A stretch of 64,000 nucleotides of DNA from Desulfobaccales bacterium (GTDB lineage: Bacteria > Desulfobacterota > Desulfobaccia > Desulfobaccales > 0-14-0-80-60-11). Both the position numbers and the translations under genes were made by a program. The notes below the pieces were generated by a model that was given only the letters and a program-made list of their open reading frames with translations, had not been told where the DNA came from and searched no databases. This document shows positions 27,063-37,119 of the stretch, piece after piece; the stretch's first letter is position 1; every line of letters begins with the position of its first letter. The stretch spans positions 648 through 64,647 of the forward strand of contig JBEKDQ010000001.1 in NCBI GenBank assembly GCA_050014275.1, given 5' to 3'.

Positions 27063-28285
27063 TTCTCCCGGTCGGTCAGGTGCTTATTGGACTTCAGGCT
27101 CTTGACGATGGAGGCGATGCTCACGCCGGCTGACAGAGGTCCGGGGTAATCGGTGGCGAACAGGACCCGTCCGAAGCCGATGGTCTTGCGGATCTCTTTT
27201 ACCACGTTCTCCCGGTCTAGCAGCCAATCCACTGCCGCCAGGTCGGCATAGACGTTGTCGAATTTTTTTCCCAGTTGCAACGCTTCATAGAGCCAGATAC
27301 CCGGCACGTGGGTGCTGTAAGCCCCGAAATGGGCCAAGACCAGGGGCACGTCCGGATATCTCTTCAGCAGATTTTCCCAGAGCATCGGGTGGTTGTTGCC
27401 GCTGAGCTCCAGGATTTCAAAGGGGCCGGTCCCGCAGCCGGTATGGGAGAGGATGATGGAGCCGGTACGGCGGCAGGATTCGAAGAGCATCTCCAGATTT
27501 TCGTTTTCCGCCGGATTGAAGAACTGGGAAAAGGGCAGGAGCTTGAAGCCCCGCAGGGAGAGGCGCTCCACCTCTTCGATCCTGGCCTCCACGTAAGCCC
27601 GGTCTTTGCTGGGATTCACCGACCCGAAGCCGGTCAGGAGGTCGGGATAGTCCCTGACCCAGTCGGCCACGTCCTGATTGGTGACGTGGGTCGGGGAGTA
27701 AAGGCTGGCCTTGATCTGCCAGAGGATGGAGGCCAGCGGCAGGCGCTGGGCCAGACTCGAACGGGCATAATCTTTGCTCAACTGCCCTTGAATCTCCGGC
27801 CGGTCCACATCGGCAGGATCGGTATCCGTGGCCAGGATGACGGCGTGGGTGACGCCCGCTTTCTTCAGGTCAGCAAAGAATTTTAGGTCCGCGAACTTGG
27901 GGTGGATATGGAAGTCCGCCACCTGGCAGCGCCCCGGTTCCCGCGGTTCGTCCACCAATTTCTGTAAATCCTTGGCGGCGGCTGGCAATTCGGAGATCCT
28001 GAAGGCTCCTTTGCCCCGCACCACCACGTAGTCCTCTACGGTCAGGGGGTGGTGCAGCGCCTTCAAGGCCATGAAGATGCGGTACCTTATCCGGATATCG
28101 TCCACCCGGTCCAAATAAGGCTGCAGCCTGTCAATCAATTCCCGGCGGTCCTGGGCCTCCTCCAGTCGGAACAGGACCCGCACCATGCGCCAACGAATCT
28201 CCGGGGGATCGTCAACCAGGGCCCCAAATATCTCGTCTTTGTCAGGCAGGGGCGGAAAGCCGATATAGGAAGGACTCTCTTTCAA
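26969..28285 (-). CDS. Metal-dependent amidohydrolase (TIM-barrel, Amidohydro_2-like) with N-terminal helical extension
   Basis: 438 aa. Has …VADFHIHP… (HxH), …LSHTGCG…, …LAHFG… and …ATDYP… motifs. The last ~17 codons after …KVLGRNGLRLLG run into the radical SAM remnant, so the native stop may have been replaced. Confidence 0.7.
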   Translation of the reverse strand: MKESPSYIGFPPLPDKDEIFGALVDDPPEIRWRMVRVLFRLEEAQDRRELIDRLQPYLDRVDDIRIRYRIFMALKALHHPLTVEDYVVVRGKGAFRISELPAAAKDLQKLVDEPREPGRCQVADFHIHPKFADLKFFADLKKAGVTHAVILATDTDPADVDRPEIQGQLSKDYARSSLAQRLPLASILWQIKASLYSPTHVTNQDVADWVRDYPDLLTGFGSVNPSKDRAYVEARIEEVERLSLRGFKLLPFSQFFNPAENENLEMLFESCRRTGSIILSHTGCGTGPFEILELSGNNHPMLWENLLKRYPDVPLVLAHFGAYSTHVPGIWLYEALQLGKKFDNVYADLAAVDWLLDRENVVKEIRKTIGFGRVLFATDYPGPLSAGVSIASIVKSLKSNKHLTDREKCKVLGRNGLRLLGRGSSVFRERPRRTAWSR

Positions 28286-28585
28286 TTTGCCTCGTTATAA
28301 ATTTTGTCCGACGGGCAGAGTATTTTGTGTGAGCAGAAGAAAGAAGGCAACACTAAAACCGAGGAACGAGAAAGTTTCCGCCCGGAAACAGGGCGCTTTC
28401 GGCTGGCCTGCCAACCTGGGGAGCGACAGGCTGCTGGGGCAAGGAGACAGACTTCCCTGGGACCTGCCGATAAGCGCCTGTTTCCGGAGAAAACCGTCTT
28501 GGTTACCGTAAATCAACCGAAAACAGGACCTCAAGCATCAATGGCAAAGCGGCAAGGTGCCGGTCAGGCATGAGATCGAAGCCGT

Positions 28586-29182
28586 TTAACCAATCGGACC
28601 CACCGGGAGGACCGATTTGCCATACATCGACCCCATGATTCCGGCCGCGCAGAGATAGAGGGCCATGAGTCCATCGAGTATTCCTACATACCCGGCCACC
28701 TGGATTAACCCCGGGGCCCCGGCCAGACCCAGATCCAACAGCACGAACACCGCCAGCAAGAGGATGAGGGTCAAAATTACCGCCGTGTTGGTTTTCAAAG
28801 CAGAGAGCAGGATAATCACCGTAAATATGGTGTAGGCGATCAAGAAGACCAGGAGGGCATTGGCATCCAGGGTGTACCATTTGAGGGCCACGCCGAGATT
28901 GATCAGGCTGTAAACCACCCAAAACATTCCATAAATCGCGAATATCAGGGCCGCAAAGAGTTCATTCTTCTTAAACCCTGCCAAGGCCGCAAAAAAGTGT
29001 ATCAGACCAGTGATCATGGCGAGCGGAATGATAATGCTCACGGCATTTGGACCAAGAATGCCGGCATTCATAAAGCTCAGGGTAAAAAGCCCGATGCCGA
29101 AGCTGGCCAAACCTACTGTCGAAGGATCGGCCGTTGCTGTATGTTTGATTTCCAAAATGCCCGCAGGTTCTTGTGAAGCCAT
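28586..29182 (-). CDS. GPR1/FUN34/YaaH-family acetate/succinate channel (SatP-like)
   Basis: 198 aa with six predicted TM helices. N-terminal …TADPSTVGLASFGIGLFTLSFMNAG… corresponds to the family's NPxPLGL region. Confidence 0.8.
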   Translation of the reverse strand: MASQEPAGILEIKHTATADPSTVGLASFGIGLFTLSFMNAGILGPNAVSIIIPLAMITGLIHFFAALAGFKKNELFAALIFAIYGMFWVVYSLINLGVALKWYTLDANALLVFLIAYTIFTVIILLSALKTNTAVILTLILLLAVFVLLDLGLAGAPGLIQVAGYVGILDGLMALYLCAAGIMGSMYGKSVLPVGPIG

Positions 29183-29696
29183 TATTCTTTACCTCCTCAA
29201 TTAAATTGGTTCTTGTCACTCGAAAATCCGGTAAAAAGCCAGAGGCAAACTGAAATTACTGCGCCTATGGTTACCTACCCCCTTCCTCCATGGGAAAATA
29301 AATGGCTAATTTCTCTCAAGCAAAATCTGCGCCAGCATTGCCGGAGCCAGTCGATTTTTGCAAATAGCGGTGGCCTTTGAGTAACTATTTGGGAAGATTA
29401 GAAAAATATTGTCACTCCCAGCGAAGGACTCTCCGCAATCTCCCCTAAAGTTCAGAGCCTGGGCGCGCGGCATGCCGCCGACCACTGTCCCTCCCTTTTT
29501 GGCCCCAGTCAACCCCATATACAGATATCATTACTTATTTCCAGTAGTTAAACTTTAAAAACCCGAGGGCAATAGGGGTCTTCCTCCGCAAGTCACGAAA
29601 TTTTATTCTAGTCAAAATAGTGTCTATATCGCTGAGATATGCGATAATTACTTCAATGTTTTATTAATCCGGCAAATCGCGCTTTTCGGCCTCGAA

Positions 29697-29712
29697 TGGC
29701 ATAAACATTGCC
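29697..29712 (+). promoter_or_regulatory. Sigma-54 (-24/-12) promoter of the MopB-Hdr-Mvh-like-AOR operon
   Basis: TGGCATAAACATTGCC has GG (29698-99) and GC (29710-11) 12 nt apart, a near-consensus TGGCAC-N5-TTGC. It lies 65-80 nt upstream of the first CDS in an AT-rich intergenic region. Confidence 0.55.
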
Positions 29713-29778
29713 AATGTTATCTGGTTGGAAGGGCATAACAGGAATTTTTTGGGGAAGAGTTAATGATAAAGGGTGCCT

Positions 29779-31770
29779 ATGCTTGACCACCATCCAATAA
29801 AGCGGTTCCCGGGGTCTCGCCAAGAGCAGGACTACCAGGTCAGGACCGTCTGTCAGGAATGCGCCGTCGGTTGCGGTCTGGTGGCCCATGTCAAAGACGG
29901 CCGCATCGTGGATATTCAGGGGGAAGAGGAGCACCCCATTAGCCGGGGCAGGCTTTGTGCCCGTGGGACGGCCTTTGTCCAGGGGCTGACCCTCCCCGAG
30001 CGCCTCACCCAGCCCGCCAGCCGCCAGGATCGCCGGCAGGCCTTACAGCCCCTGGATGGCTGGAAGAGCGGCCTGGATCTCCTAGCCGAGCGGCTCCGCC
30101 ACCTAAAGGAGCGGCATGGTCCCAACGCCCTTCTCATCGGTTGCGACCTGGAGGGCGGCTTGGACTTTTACCTGGGGGCCATGCGCTTCGCCCAGCTCTG
30201 GGGGACCTCCCAGGTCTTTTATCCGCTGGGCGAACCCCTGGAGCCCTGGCCCTCCGGCCTGAACAGCCCGGCGGCGTCATGTTCCGACTGGATTCACAGC
30301 CGCTGCCTATTCCTGGTGGAGGCGGACCTGGCCGCCAGCCATCCCGTGGCCTGCAGTTGGGTCCAGGAGGCCCAACGCCGTGGGGCCCGGGTAGTGGCGG
30401 CGGACGCCCGCTTTACCGGCGCCCTGGCCAAGGCTGACGAGACCCTGAGAATCAAGCCCGAACAGGGCAACCTCCTGGGTCTGGCCCTCATGAAGCTTAT
30501 CCTGGCGGAGGGCGGCCAGGACGCCGCGGCCGTTGGGGCCGGCTTCACCGAAACTTCCCAATGGCAGGCCTCCTTTGAACAGTTGTCTTTGGAAGGCGTT
30601 GAGGCGGCCCTCGGGGTCCCCTTGGAAAGACTCCAGCACCTGGCCCGGCTCCTGGCTCAGCGGGGTCCGGTCACCGTGATCACCGGTAGGGAGTTGGCCG
30701 ATTTGCCGCACCATCACATCTGGCTAACCCTGGCCACGGCCATGGGCTGGGTAGGACGACCGGGCGGGGGTTGGTATCCCGTGGATGCCGGCGCCCCGCC
30801 GCTCAAGATCCATACCTATACGGGTGAAGCCAACACCCGGCCCGAAGGCGGTCACCGCGAAATCCCACCCAAACTGGCCGAGGTGAAAAGCCGGGCCGAC
30901 CAGCCCGTACGGGCCATCATCTGTTCAGGTAATTGTTTATATGACTATTTATCGCCCTTTGGGCGGTTGACGGAACAGGTAGACCTTATCGCCCACTTCG
31001 GCTCTTTCCCCAACGCCACCTGGGAACAAGCCTCCATGACCTTCCCCGCCGCCCTCTGGGCCGAACGGGACGGCCTGTCCTTCAGCAATGACCGATCCAT
31101 ACAATGGGGCACCAAGATTGTGGAGCCTCCGGACGGGTGTCGCTCGGGCCTGGACTTCTGGATGGTGTTGGCCCGGCGCTTCGGCTGGGAGGCCCACTTT
31201 CCCTGGGCCGGCGAAGATAGCAGGGCCGATCAGGCCGCCTTCTACTCCTGGCTCATGGCGCAAAGCCCCTTAACCGCCAAGTTGCAGGTGGACCAATTAC
31301 GGAGTCTGGAACCGGGCTCTCAGATCTTCTGGCCTGTGGGCAAAACCGTTCTGCCCAACGCCAGGTCGCCCTACAAGGGCAAGATTGTCCCGCACCCGGC
31401 CCCGGCGGCCCTGGCGCCCGGTGCAGAAACCGCCGAGACGGCAGACTATCCCCTGGCCTTCGAGGCAGTCCAGATAAGCTGCCGCTCCGGGGACGCCAGC
31501 CGTTTCTGGCCCTGGACCCGGGGGCTGTCCCGGGAGGACGCCGTCCAGATCAACCCGGAAACGGCCGATCTTCTCGGCATCGAAAATGGCGACGACGTCC
31601 TGGTGGAGACCCCCCGGGGCCGTTTGGCCGGCCGGGCCTGTCTCAGCCGCGCCGTGTCCCGCTGGCTGGTGGCCTCCCCCCACGGGGTGAGCGGCCTGAA
31701 GGCCCTGGTGCACAAAACGGATCAATCCCTGGATGAAGCTCGCCATCTGCTGAAAAAATTGAGCCTATGA
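29779..31770 (+). CDS. Cytoplasmic molybdopterin (bis-PGD) oxidoreductase catalytic subunit, substrate unknown
   Basis: ~663 aa. N-terminal FeS0 motif CQECAVGCGL…GRLCARG. MopB-like core and a C-terminal beta-barrel domain (…VQINPETADLLGIENGDDVLVETPRGRL…). No twin-arginine signal. The alternative GTG start is at 29773. Confidence 0.85.
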   Translation: MLDHHPIKRFPGSRQEQDYQVRTVCQECAVGCGLVAHVKDGRIVDIQGEEEHPISRGRLCARGTAFVQGLTLPERLTQPASRQDRRQALQPLDGWKSGLDLLAERLRHLKERHGPNALLIGCDLEGGLDFYLGAMRFAQLWGTSQVFYPLGEPLEPWPSGLNSPAASCSDWIHSRCLFLVEADLAASHPVACSWVQEAQRRGARVVAADARFTGALAKADETLRIKPEQGNLLGLALMKLILAEGGQDAAAVGAGFTETSQWQASFEQLSLEGVEAALGVPLERLQHLARLLAQRGPVTVITGRELADLPHHHIWLTLATAMGWVGRPGGGWYPVDAGAPPLKIHTYTGEANTRPEGGHREIPPKLAEVKSRADQPVRAIICSGNCLYDYLSPFGRLTEQVDLIAHFGSFPNATWEQASMTFPAALWAERDGLSFSNDRSIQWGTKIVEPPDGCRSGLDFWMVLARRFGWEAHFPWAGEDSRADQAAFYSWLMAQSPLTAKLQVDQLRSLEPGSQIFWPVGKTVLPNARSPYKGKIVPHPAPAALAPGAETAETADYPLAFEAVQISCRSGDASRFWPWTRGLSREDAVQINPETADLLGIENGDDVLVETPRGRLAGRACLSRAVSRWLVASPHGVSGLKALVHKTDQSLDEARHLLKKLSL

Positions 31771-32297
31771 CCAATATGACCAAGAGAAAGAGGAATATCC
31801 TGCTGGTGGAGGCCTCCCGCTGCATTGGCTGCTTCGGCTGCGAAGCGGCCTGCAAGATGGAACACGACCTCCCCGGAGAACCCAGGCCCATCCGAGTAAT
31901 CCAGGTGGGACCCTTGGGGGAAGGCGAGGAACTGCTCATGTCCTTCCAGCCCACCACCTGTTGCCACTGCGACCGGCCGGCCTGTGTCACCGCATGCCCC
32001 ACGGGGGCCATGCAGAAGCGGGAGGATGGCATCGTCTTTTCGGACCTGGAACTCTGCATCGGCTGCCAGACCTGCGCCGTGGCCTGTCCCTTCGGCGTCC
32101 CCCATCTCAACCCGGCCACCGGCAAGATCGCCAAGTGCGACGGCTGCCGGGAACGGGTGGACCAGGGCCTGTGGCCGGCCTGCGTGCTCAAGTGCCCCAC
32201 CGAGACCTTGATCTTCGGCGGTCCGGCCCGGGTGTTGCAGGAGATCGGGACCCAAGAAGCCCTGAAGGTGGCGAAGACCTTCACCCGGGAAGAATAG
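31767..32297 (+). CDS. Four-cluster 4Fe-4S electron-transfer subunit (DmsB/PsrB/FdhB-like)
   Basis: 176 aa. Has CIGCFGCEAAC, CCHCDRPACVTACP, CIGCQTCAVACP and CDGC…CVLKCP. ATGA overlap with the upstream gene. Confidence 0.85.
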   Translation: MTNMTKRKRNILLVEASRCIGCFGCEAACKMEHDLPGEPRPIRVIQVGPLGEGEELLMSFQPTTCCHCDRPACVTACPTGAMQKREDGIVFSDLELCIGCQTCAVACPFGVPHLNPATGKIAKCDGCRERVDQGLWPACVLKCPTETLIFGGPARVLQEIGTQEALKVAKTFTREE

Positions 32298-32306
32298 GAG
32301 TCCGGT

Positions 32307-32876
32307 ATGACCAGACTGACCGGCGCGGCGGCGGAGAAGGACTTTCTCACCCAGGTCATCGAAGCCAGCGGCCAGAACTTGTTGGAGTGCCTCCAGTGCG
32401 GCAAGTGCAGCGGCGGCTGCCCCATTTCTTCAGCCGAAGTGGGTGGCCCTCGGCGCCTCATCGCCGAGATCCTTTACGGCATGAAGGACAAGGCCCTCAA
32501 GGACCCCACCTGGTGGTACTGCGTCAGCTGCGGCACCTGCATGACCCGCTGCCCCGTGGAAATCAATATGTATCGCGTGGCCACCGTGCTCTGCGAGATT
32601 GCCGAAAATGAAAAGATCAAGCCTTGCGAGCCGGATATTCACCTGTTTGAGGAGCTCTTTTTGAAATCCGTGGAGAAATACGGCCGGGCCAAGGAACTCA
32701 AGGTCGTGATGAAATTCAACCTGCGCACTCTGCGGCCCTTCAAAGACCTGGGCCAGGGGCTGAGCCTGATGCTCAAGGGGGCCATCAATCCCAAAGAGAT
32801 GTTCAAGAAGAGCCCCCCGGACAAGCGCATCGCCCGGATTTTCTCCCGGGTGCAGGAAATAGAAGCGGGAGACTAG
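32307..32876 (+). CDS. hdrC: Heterodisulfide reductase subunit C-like protein
   Basis: 189 aa with two CxxCxxCxxxCP motifs (CLQCGKCSGGCP; CVSCGTCMTRCP). Confidence 0.8.
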   Translation: MTRLTGAAAEKDFLTQVIEASGQNLLECLQCGKCSGGCPISSAEVGGPRRLIAEILYGMKDKALKDPTWWYCVSCGTCMTRCPVEINMYRVATVLCEIAENEKIKPCEPDIHLFEELFLKSVEKYGRAKELKVVMKFNLRTLRPFKDLGQGLSLMLKGAINPKEMFKKSPPDKRIARIFSRVQEIEAGD

Positions 32877-32878
32877 CC

Positions 32879-33754
32879 ATGAAAGTCAGCTACTATCCCG
32901 GGTGTTCCCTGGAAGCCACCGGCAAGCCTTATAACGACTCCACCCAGGAAGTCTGCCGGGCCCTGGGGGTGGAACTGTTAGAGGTCCCCGACTGGGCTTG
33001 CTGCGGCTCCTCCCCGGCCCTGAAGATGAACGAGCTGCTCTCTGCCGCCCTCTCGGGCGTTAACCTGGCCCTGTTGGAGAAGCAGGAACCCGCCGACGTG
33101 GTGGCCCCTTGCCCCTTCTGCTATCGCCGGTTGTTGAGCGCCCAGGACGACATGGCCCGGGACCCGGAATTGAAAAAGCAGGTCCAGGAGGCCATCGAGG
33201 CGGACCTGGCCGGAAGCCTGCAAATCCATAACCTGGTATCCTTCCTGCGGGGAAAGGTGGGCCTGGCGGCCATTACCGCCCGTCTGATCAAGCCCCTGGC
33301 GGGCCTCAAGGTCGTTCCCTTCTACGGCTGCTACATGGTCAAGCCCAAACAGGTGACCCACTGCGAAGACCCGGAAGATCCCACCGCCCTGGACGAGATC
33401 CTGGCGGCCCTGGGGGCCGAGGTCCTGGACTGGGATTTCAAGACGGAGTGTTGCGGCGCCGGCCTGTCTCTCAGCAAAACCGAGAAGGTGGTCGAGCTTT
33501 CCGGGCGCCTGGTCCGGGAAGCGGCCTATCGCGGCGCCGACGCCATCGTGGTGGCCTGCCAACTCTGCCAGGCCAACCTGGATATGCGCCAGGGGCAGAT
33601 CGGCAAGCAAGATAAGAAGGAATATAACCTCCCCATCATTTACTTCACTCAGCTCATGGGATTGGCGCTGGGCCTGGCCCCCACGGCCCTGGGCCTCAAC
33701 CATCACCTGGTCGACCCCATACGCCTGCTGGAAAAAAAGGGATTAATCGGATGA
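32879..33754 (+). CDS. hdrB: Heterodisulfide reductase subunit B-like protein (two CCG domains)
   Basis: 291 aa. Contains YYPGCS…PDWACCGSSPA and FYGCY…TECCGAG, the duplicated CCG motifs that bind noncubane FeS clusters. Confidence 0.85.
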   Translation: MKVSYYPGCSLEATGKPYNDSTQEVCRALGVELLEVPDWACCGSSPALKMNELLSAALSGVNLALLEKQEPADVVAPCPFCYRRLLSAQDDMARDPELKKQVQEAIEADLAGSLQIHNLVSFLRGKVGLAAITARLIKPLAGLKVVPFYGCYMVKPKQVTHCEDPEDPTALDEILAALGAEVLDWDFKTECCGAGLSLSKTEKVVELSGRLVREAAYRGADAIVVACQLCQANLDMRQGQIGKQDKKEYNLPIIYFTQLMGLALGLAPTALGLNHHLVDPIRLLEKKGLIG

Positions 33755-36700
33755 GTAAAAAGGTTGGCGTCTATATCTGTCACTGCGGCACCAACATCGG
33801 CGACGTGGTGGACGTGGACAAGATCGCCGAAGAAATCGGCGCCGAAGACGAAGATGTGGTGGTCTGCCGCCACTACAAATATATGTGCTCCGAGCCGGGC
33901 CAGAAGTTGATCCGGGACGACGTGGCGGAGTTGAAGCTGGACCACGTGGTGGAGGCCTCCTGCTCTCCCAAGATGCACGAGCCCACCTTCCGCAACGCCG
34001 TGTCCCAGGCCGGCATGAACCAGTATATGTTCGAGATGGTCAACATCCGGGAGCACTGCTCCTGGGTCACCGAGAACCCGGAACTGGCCACCCAAAAGGC
34101 CAAGGCCCTGATCAAGGGCGGCATCGCCCGGGTGAAGCATCATCGGCCCCTGGTCGGTTCCTGGAAACCGGTCAATCCCAAGGCCTTGGTGGTGGGCGGT
34201 GGCATCGCCGGCATCACCACGGCCCTGAAGATCGCCAAATCCGGCTACAAGGTCTACCTGGTAGAAAAGGAGGAGATCATCGGCGGCCGCATGGCCCAGT
34301 TCGACAAGACCTTCCCCACCCTGGACTGCGCCGGCTGCACCCTGACCCCCAAGACCAGCGAAGTGGGGCGACATCCCAACATCGAGATTCTGACCAAGGC
34401 GGAAGTCGTCGAGGTCAGCGGCTTCGTGGGCAATTTCAAGGTCAAGATCCGCCAGCAGCCCCGCTATGTGCGGATGGACAAATGCACCGGCTGCGGCGAC
34501 TGCCAGAAGGTCTGCCCCATCGAGGTCGACAGCAAGTTTGAGCTGGACATGGCCAAACGGCACCCCATCAGCCGGCCCTTCCCCCAGGCCATCCCCAATA
34601 CCTATTCCATTATTCGCGCCGGTTCGCCGCCCTGCCAGTCGGCCTGCCCGGCCGGCGTCAATGTGGTGGGCTATATGAACCTGGCGGGCCTGGGGAAATT
34701 CGACGAGGCCCTGGCCCTGGTGCGGGAGCGCATGCCCTTTGCCGCCTCCTGCGGCCGCATCTGCTTCCATCCCTGCGAAAGCTCCTGCAAGCGGGGCCAG
34801 ATGGACAAACCTCTGGCCATCTGCCAGACCAAGCGCTTCCTGGGTGACCAGGAACTGGCCCAGGGCACGTTCGTCCATCCGGAAAAGCAGGAAGAGCGCC
34901 CGGAGCGTATCGCCCTGGTGGGAGGCGGCCCGGCCAGCCTATCCGCCGCCTACTACCTGGCCCTCATGGGCTTCAAGCCGGTGATCTTCGAGGCCGCGCC
35001 CGAAGCCGGCGGCTGGCTGCGCTACGGCATCCCCGAATACCGCCTGCCCAAGGCCATCCTCAAGCAGGAAGTGGACAACCTGGCCTCACTGGGCGTGGAA
35101 ATCCACTACAATACCCCCATCGGGCCGGGCCGCACCATTGACAACCTGATGACCAAAGAAGGGTTCAGCGCCGTCTTCCTCGGCGTGGGGGCCCAGGACG
35201 CCCTGCGCCTGCCGGTACCCGGGGCCGAGTCTGAAGGAGTGCACTGGGGCGTCGAATATCTGCGGGATTCGGCCATGGGCAAGGTTCCCGACCTTACCGG
35301 CAAACGGATGATCATCATCGGCGGCGGTAACGTAGCCGTGGACGCGGCCCGCACCGCCGTCCGGCAGGGCGCTACGCCGGTGGCCATGATCTCCCTGGAG
35401 GCCCGGGATGAGATGCCCGCCTCGGCCTGGGAAGTGGAGGAGGCCGAACATGAAGGTGTGCATTTCGAGCATCGCTGGGGGGTCAAGCAAATCCTCAGCC
35501 AGGACGGGAAGGTGACCGGCATCGAGCTCCGGGCCGTGGAGCGGGTCTTTGACGACCAGGGTCGCTTCGCCCCCAGCTATCTGGACGATCAACTCGCCAC
35601 CCGGGACGCCGACGCAGTAATCATGGCCATCGGCCAGAAGACCAATTTGAAGTTCCTCACCCCGGAGGACGGCGTCGCCCTGACGGAGCGCGGTCTCATC
35701 CAGGTGGACCCGGATACCCTGGCCACCAGTCGGCCCGGCGTCTTCGCCGGCGGCGACTGCACCCTGGGACCGGCCTCCTTCGTTCAGGCGGTGGCCAAGG
35801 GCCGGGAGGCGGCAGAATCGATTTACTCCTACCTGGTGCACGGCGGCTTGCGGGAAGTCACCCCCAAGGAAAGGCAGGTAGCCCCGGAGATCACCGCTGA
35901 TGAGCAGCGGCGGGCCCTGCCCATTCCCCGGCAGGAGATGCCCTGCCTGACGGCCCAGGAGCGCCGGGGCGGCTTCGCCGAAGTGGATCTGGGTTTCACC
36001 GCGGAGATGGCCCAGGCCGAGGGCCAGCGCTGCATCAGTTGCTCGCTTTGCTGCCAATGCGGCGAATGCGTGCGGGCCTGCGGTCCGGGCGCCATCGACC
36101 TGAAGGAACGGGAGCGGAGCCGGGAACTGGAGGTGGGGGCTATCGTCGTCGCCACCGGCGTCGACATCTTCGATGCCCACAAGTACCCGGAATACGGCCA
36201 TGGCAAATACCCCGACGTGCTCACCAACCTGCAGTTTGAGCGCCTGTGCAACGCCGCCGGCCCCACCGGGGGCAAGGTCATCCGGCCCAGCGACGGCAAG
36301 GTGCCCGAAAGCATCGTCTTCATCCAGTGCGTGGGCTCCCGGGACCGGGCCCGGGGGGGGGAGTACTGCTCCAAGGTCTGCTGCATGGTCTCCGCCAAGC
36401 AGCTCAGTATCTTCAAGCACCACAACCGCGAGGGTAAGGCCTACGTCTTTTATATCGATAACCGAACCGGCGGCAAGGGCTATGAAGAGTTCCTGCGCCG
36501 GGCCATCGAAGAGGAAGGCGCCACCTATATCCGGGGCCGGGTGGCCAAAGTCTTCCAGGAAGGCGGCCGCCTGGTGGTCAGGGGTGAAAATTCCCTGGTG
36601 GGCGGCACCGTCGACGTGGAGGCCGACATGGTGGTCCTGGCCACCGGCCTGACGCCCCAGAAGGACTACCTCAACGTGGCCCGGGCCCTGAACCTGGCCT

Positions 36701-37119
36701 CGGACAAAGACGGCTTCTTCATCGAGCTCCACCCCAAGCTGGGCCCGGTGGAGACTCCCCTGTCCGGCATCTTCCTGGCCGGCGGCTGCCAGGGCCCCAA
36801 GGACATCCCCGAGTCGGTGGCGCAGGGCGGAGCCGCGGCTGCCGAGGCCCTGGCCCTGTTCAGTATGGGGGAAGTGGAAGTGGAGCCCACCGTGGCCCAG
36901 GCGGACAGCGCCCTGTGCACCGGCTGCAAGACCTGCCTAAGCCTCTGCGCTTACAGCGCCATCTCCTTCAGCGAAGAAGGCAAGGTGGCGGTGGTCAATG
37001 AGGCCCTCTGCCAGGGCTGCGGCACCTGCGCGGCGGCCTGCCCGGCGGCGGCCCTCAAGGTGCAGCACTTCACCCCGGACCAAATCTTTGCCCAGATCGA
37101 AGGGATGCTGGCATCATGA
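33751..37119 (+). CDS. hdrA: Giant HdrA-like flavoprotein with embedded GltD/NfnB-like NAD(P)H-binding module (HdrL-type)
   Basis: 1122 aa. HdrA-type N-terminus (VYICHCGTNIG) and an FAD GxGxxG (VVGGGIAGIT). Inserted segment CQSACPAGVNV…CGRICFHPCESSC… followed by VGGGPASLSAAYYL…GGWLRYGIPEYRLPK and IIGGGNVAVDAA, which is GltD/NfnB-like. Then the HdrA C-terminal half with ferredoxin motifs (CISCSLCCQCGEC; CTGCKTCLSLC; CQGCGTCAAACP). Confidence 0.85.
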   Translation: MSKKVGVYICHCGTNIGDVVDVDKIAEEIGAEDEDVVVCRHYKYMCSEPGQKLIRDDVAELKLDHVVEASCSPKMHEPTFRNAVSQAGMNQYMFEMVNIREHCSWVTENPELATQKAKALIKGGIARVKHHRPLVGSWKPVNPKALVVGGGIAGITTALKIAKSGYKVYLVEKEEIIGGRMAQFDKTFPTLDCAGCTLTPKTSEVGRHPNIEILTKAEVVEVSGFVGNFKVKIRQQPRYVRMDKCTGCGDCQKVCPIEVDSKFELDMAKRHPISRPFPQAIPNTYSIIRAGSPPCQSACPAGVNVVGYMNLAGLGKFDEALALVRERMPFAASCGRICFHPCESSCKRGQMDKPLAICQTKRFLGDQELAQGTFVHPEKQEERPERIALVGGGPASLSAAYYLALMGFKPVIFEAAPEAGGWLRYGIPEYRLPKAILKQEVDNLASLGVEIHYNTPIGPGRTIDNLMTKEGFSAVFLGVGAQDALRLPVPGAESEGVHWGVEYLRDSAMGKVPDLTGKRMIIIGGGNVAVDAARTAVRQGATPVAMISLEARDEMPASAWEVEEAEHEGVHFEHRWGVKQILSQDGKVTGIELRAVERVFDDQGRFAPSYLDDQLATRDADAVIMAIGQKTNLKFLTPEDGVALTERGLIQVDPDTLATSRPGVFAGGDCTLGPASFVQAVAKGREAAESIYSYLVHGGLREVTPKERQVAPEITADEQRRALPIPRQEMPCLTAQERRGGFAEVDLGFTAEMAQAEGQRCISCSLCCQCGECVRACGPGAIDLKERERSRELEVGAIVVATGVDIFDAHKYPEYGHGKYPDVLTNLQFERLCNAAGPTGGKVIRPSDGKVPESIVFIQCVGSRDRARGGEYCSKVCCMVSAKQLSIFKHHNREGKAYVFYIDNRTGGKGYEEFLRRAIEEEGATYIRGRVAKVFQEGGRLVVRGENSLVGGTVDVEADMVVLATGLTPQKDYLNVARALNLASDKDGFFIELHPKLGPVETPLSGIFLAGGCQGPKDIPESVAQGGAAAAEALALFSMGEVEVEPTVAQADSALCTGCKTCLSLCAYSAISFSEEGKVAVVNEALCQGCGTCAAACPAAALKVQHFTPDQIFAQIEGMLAS

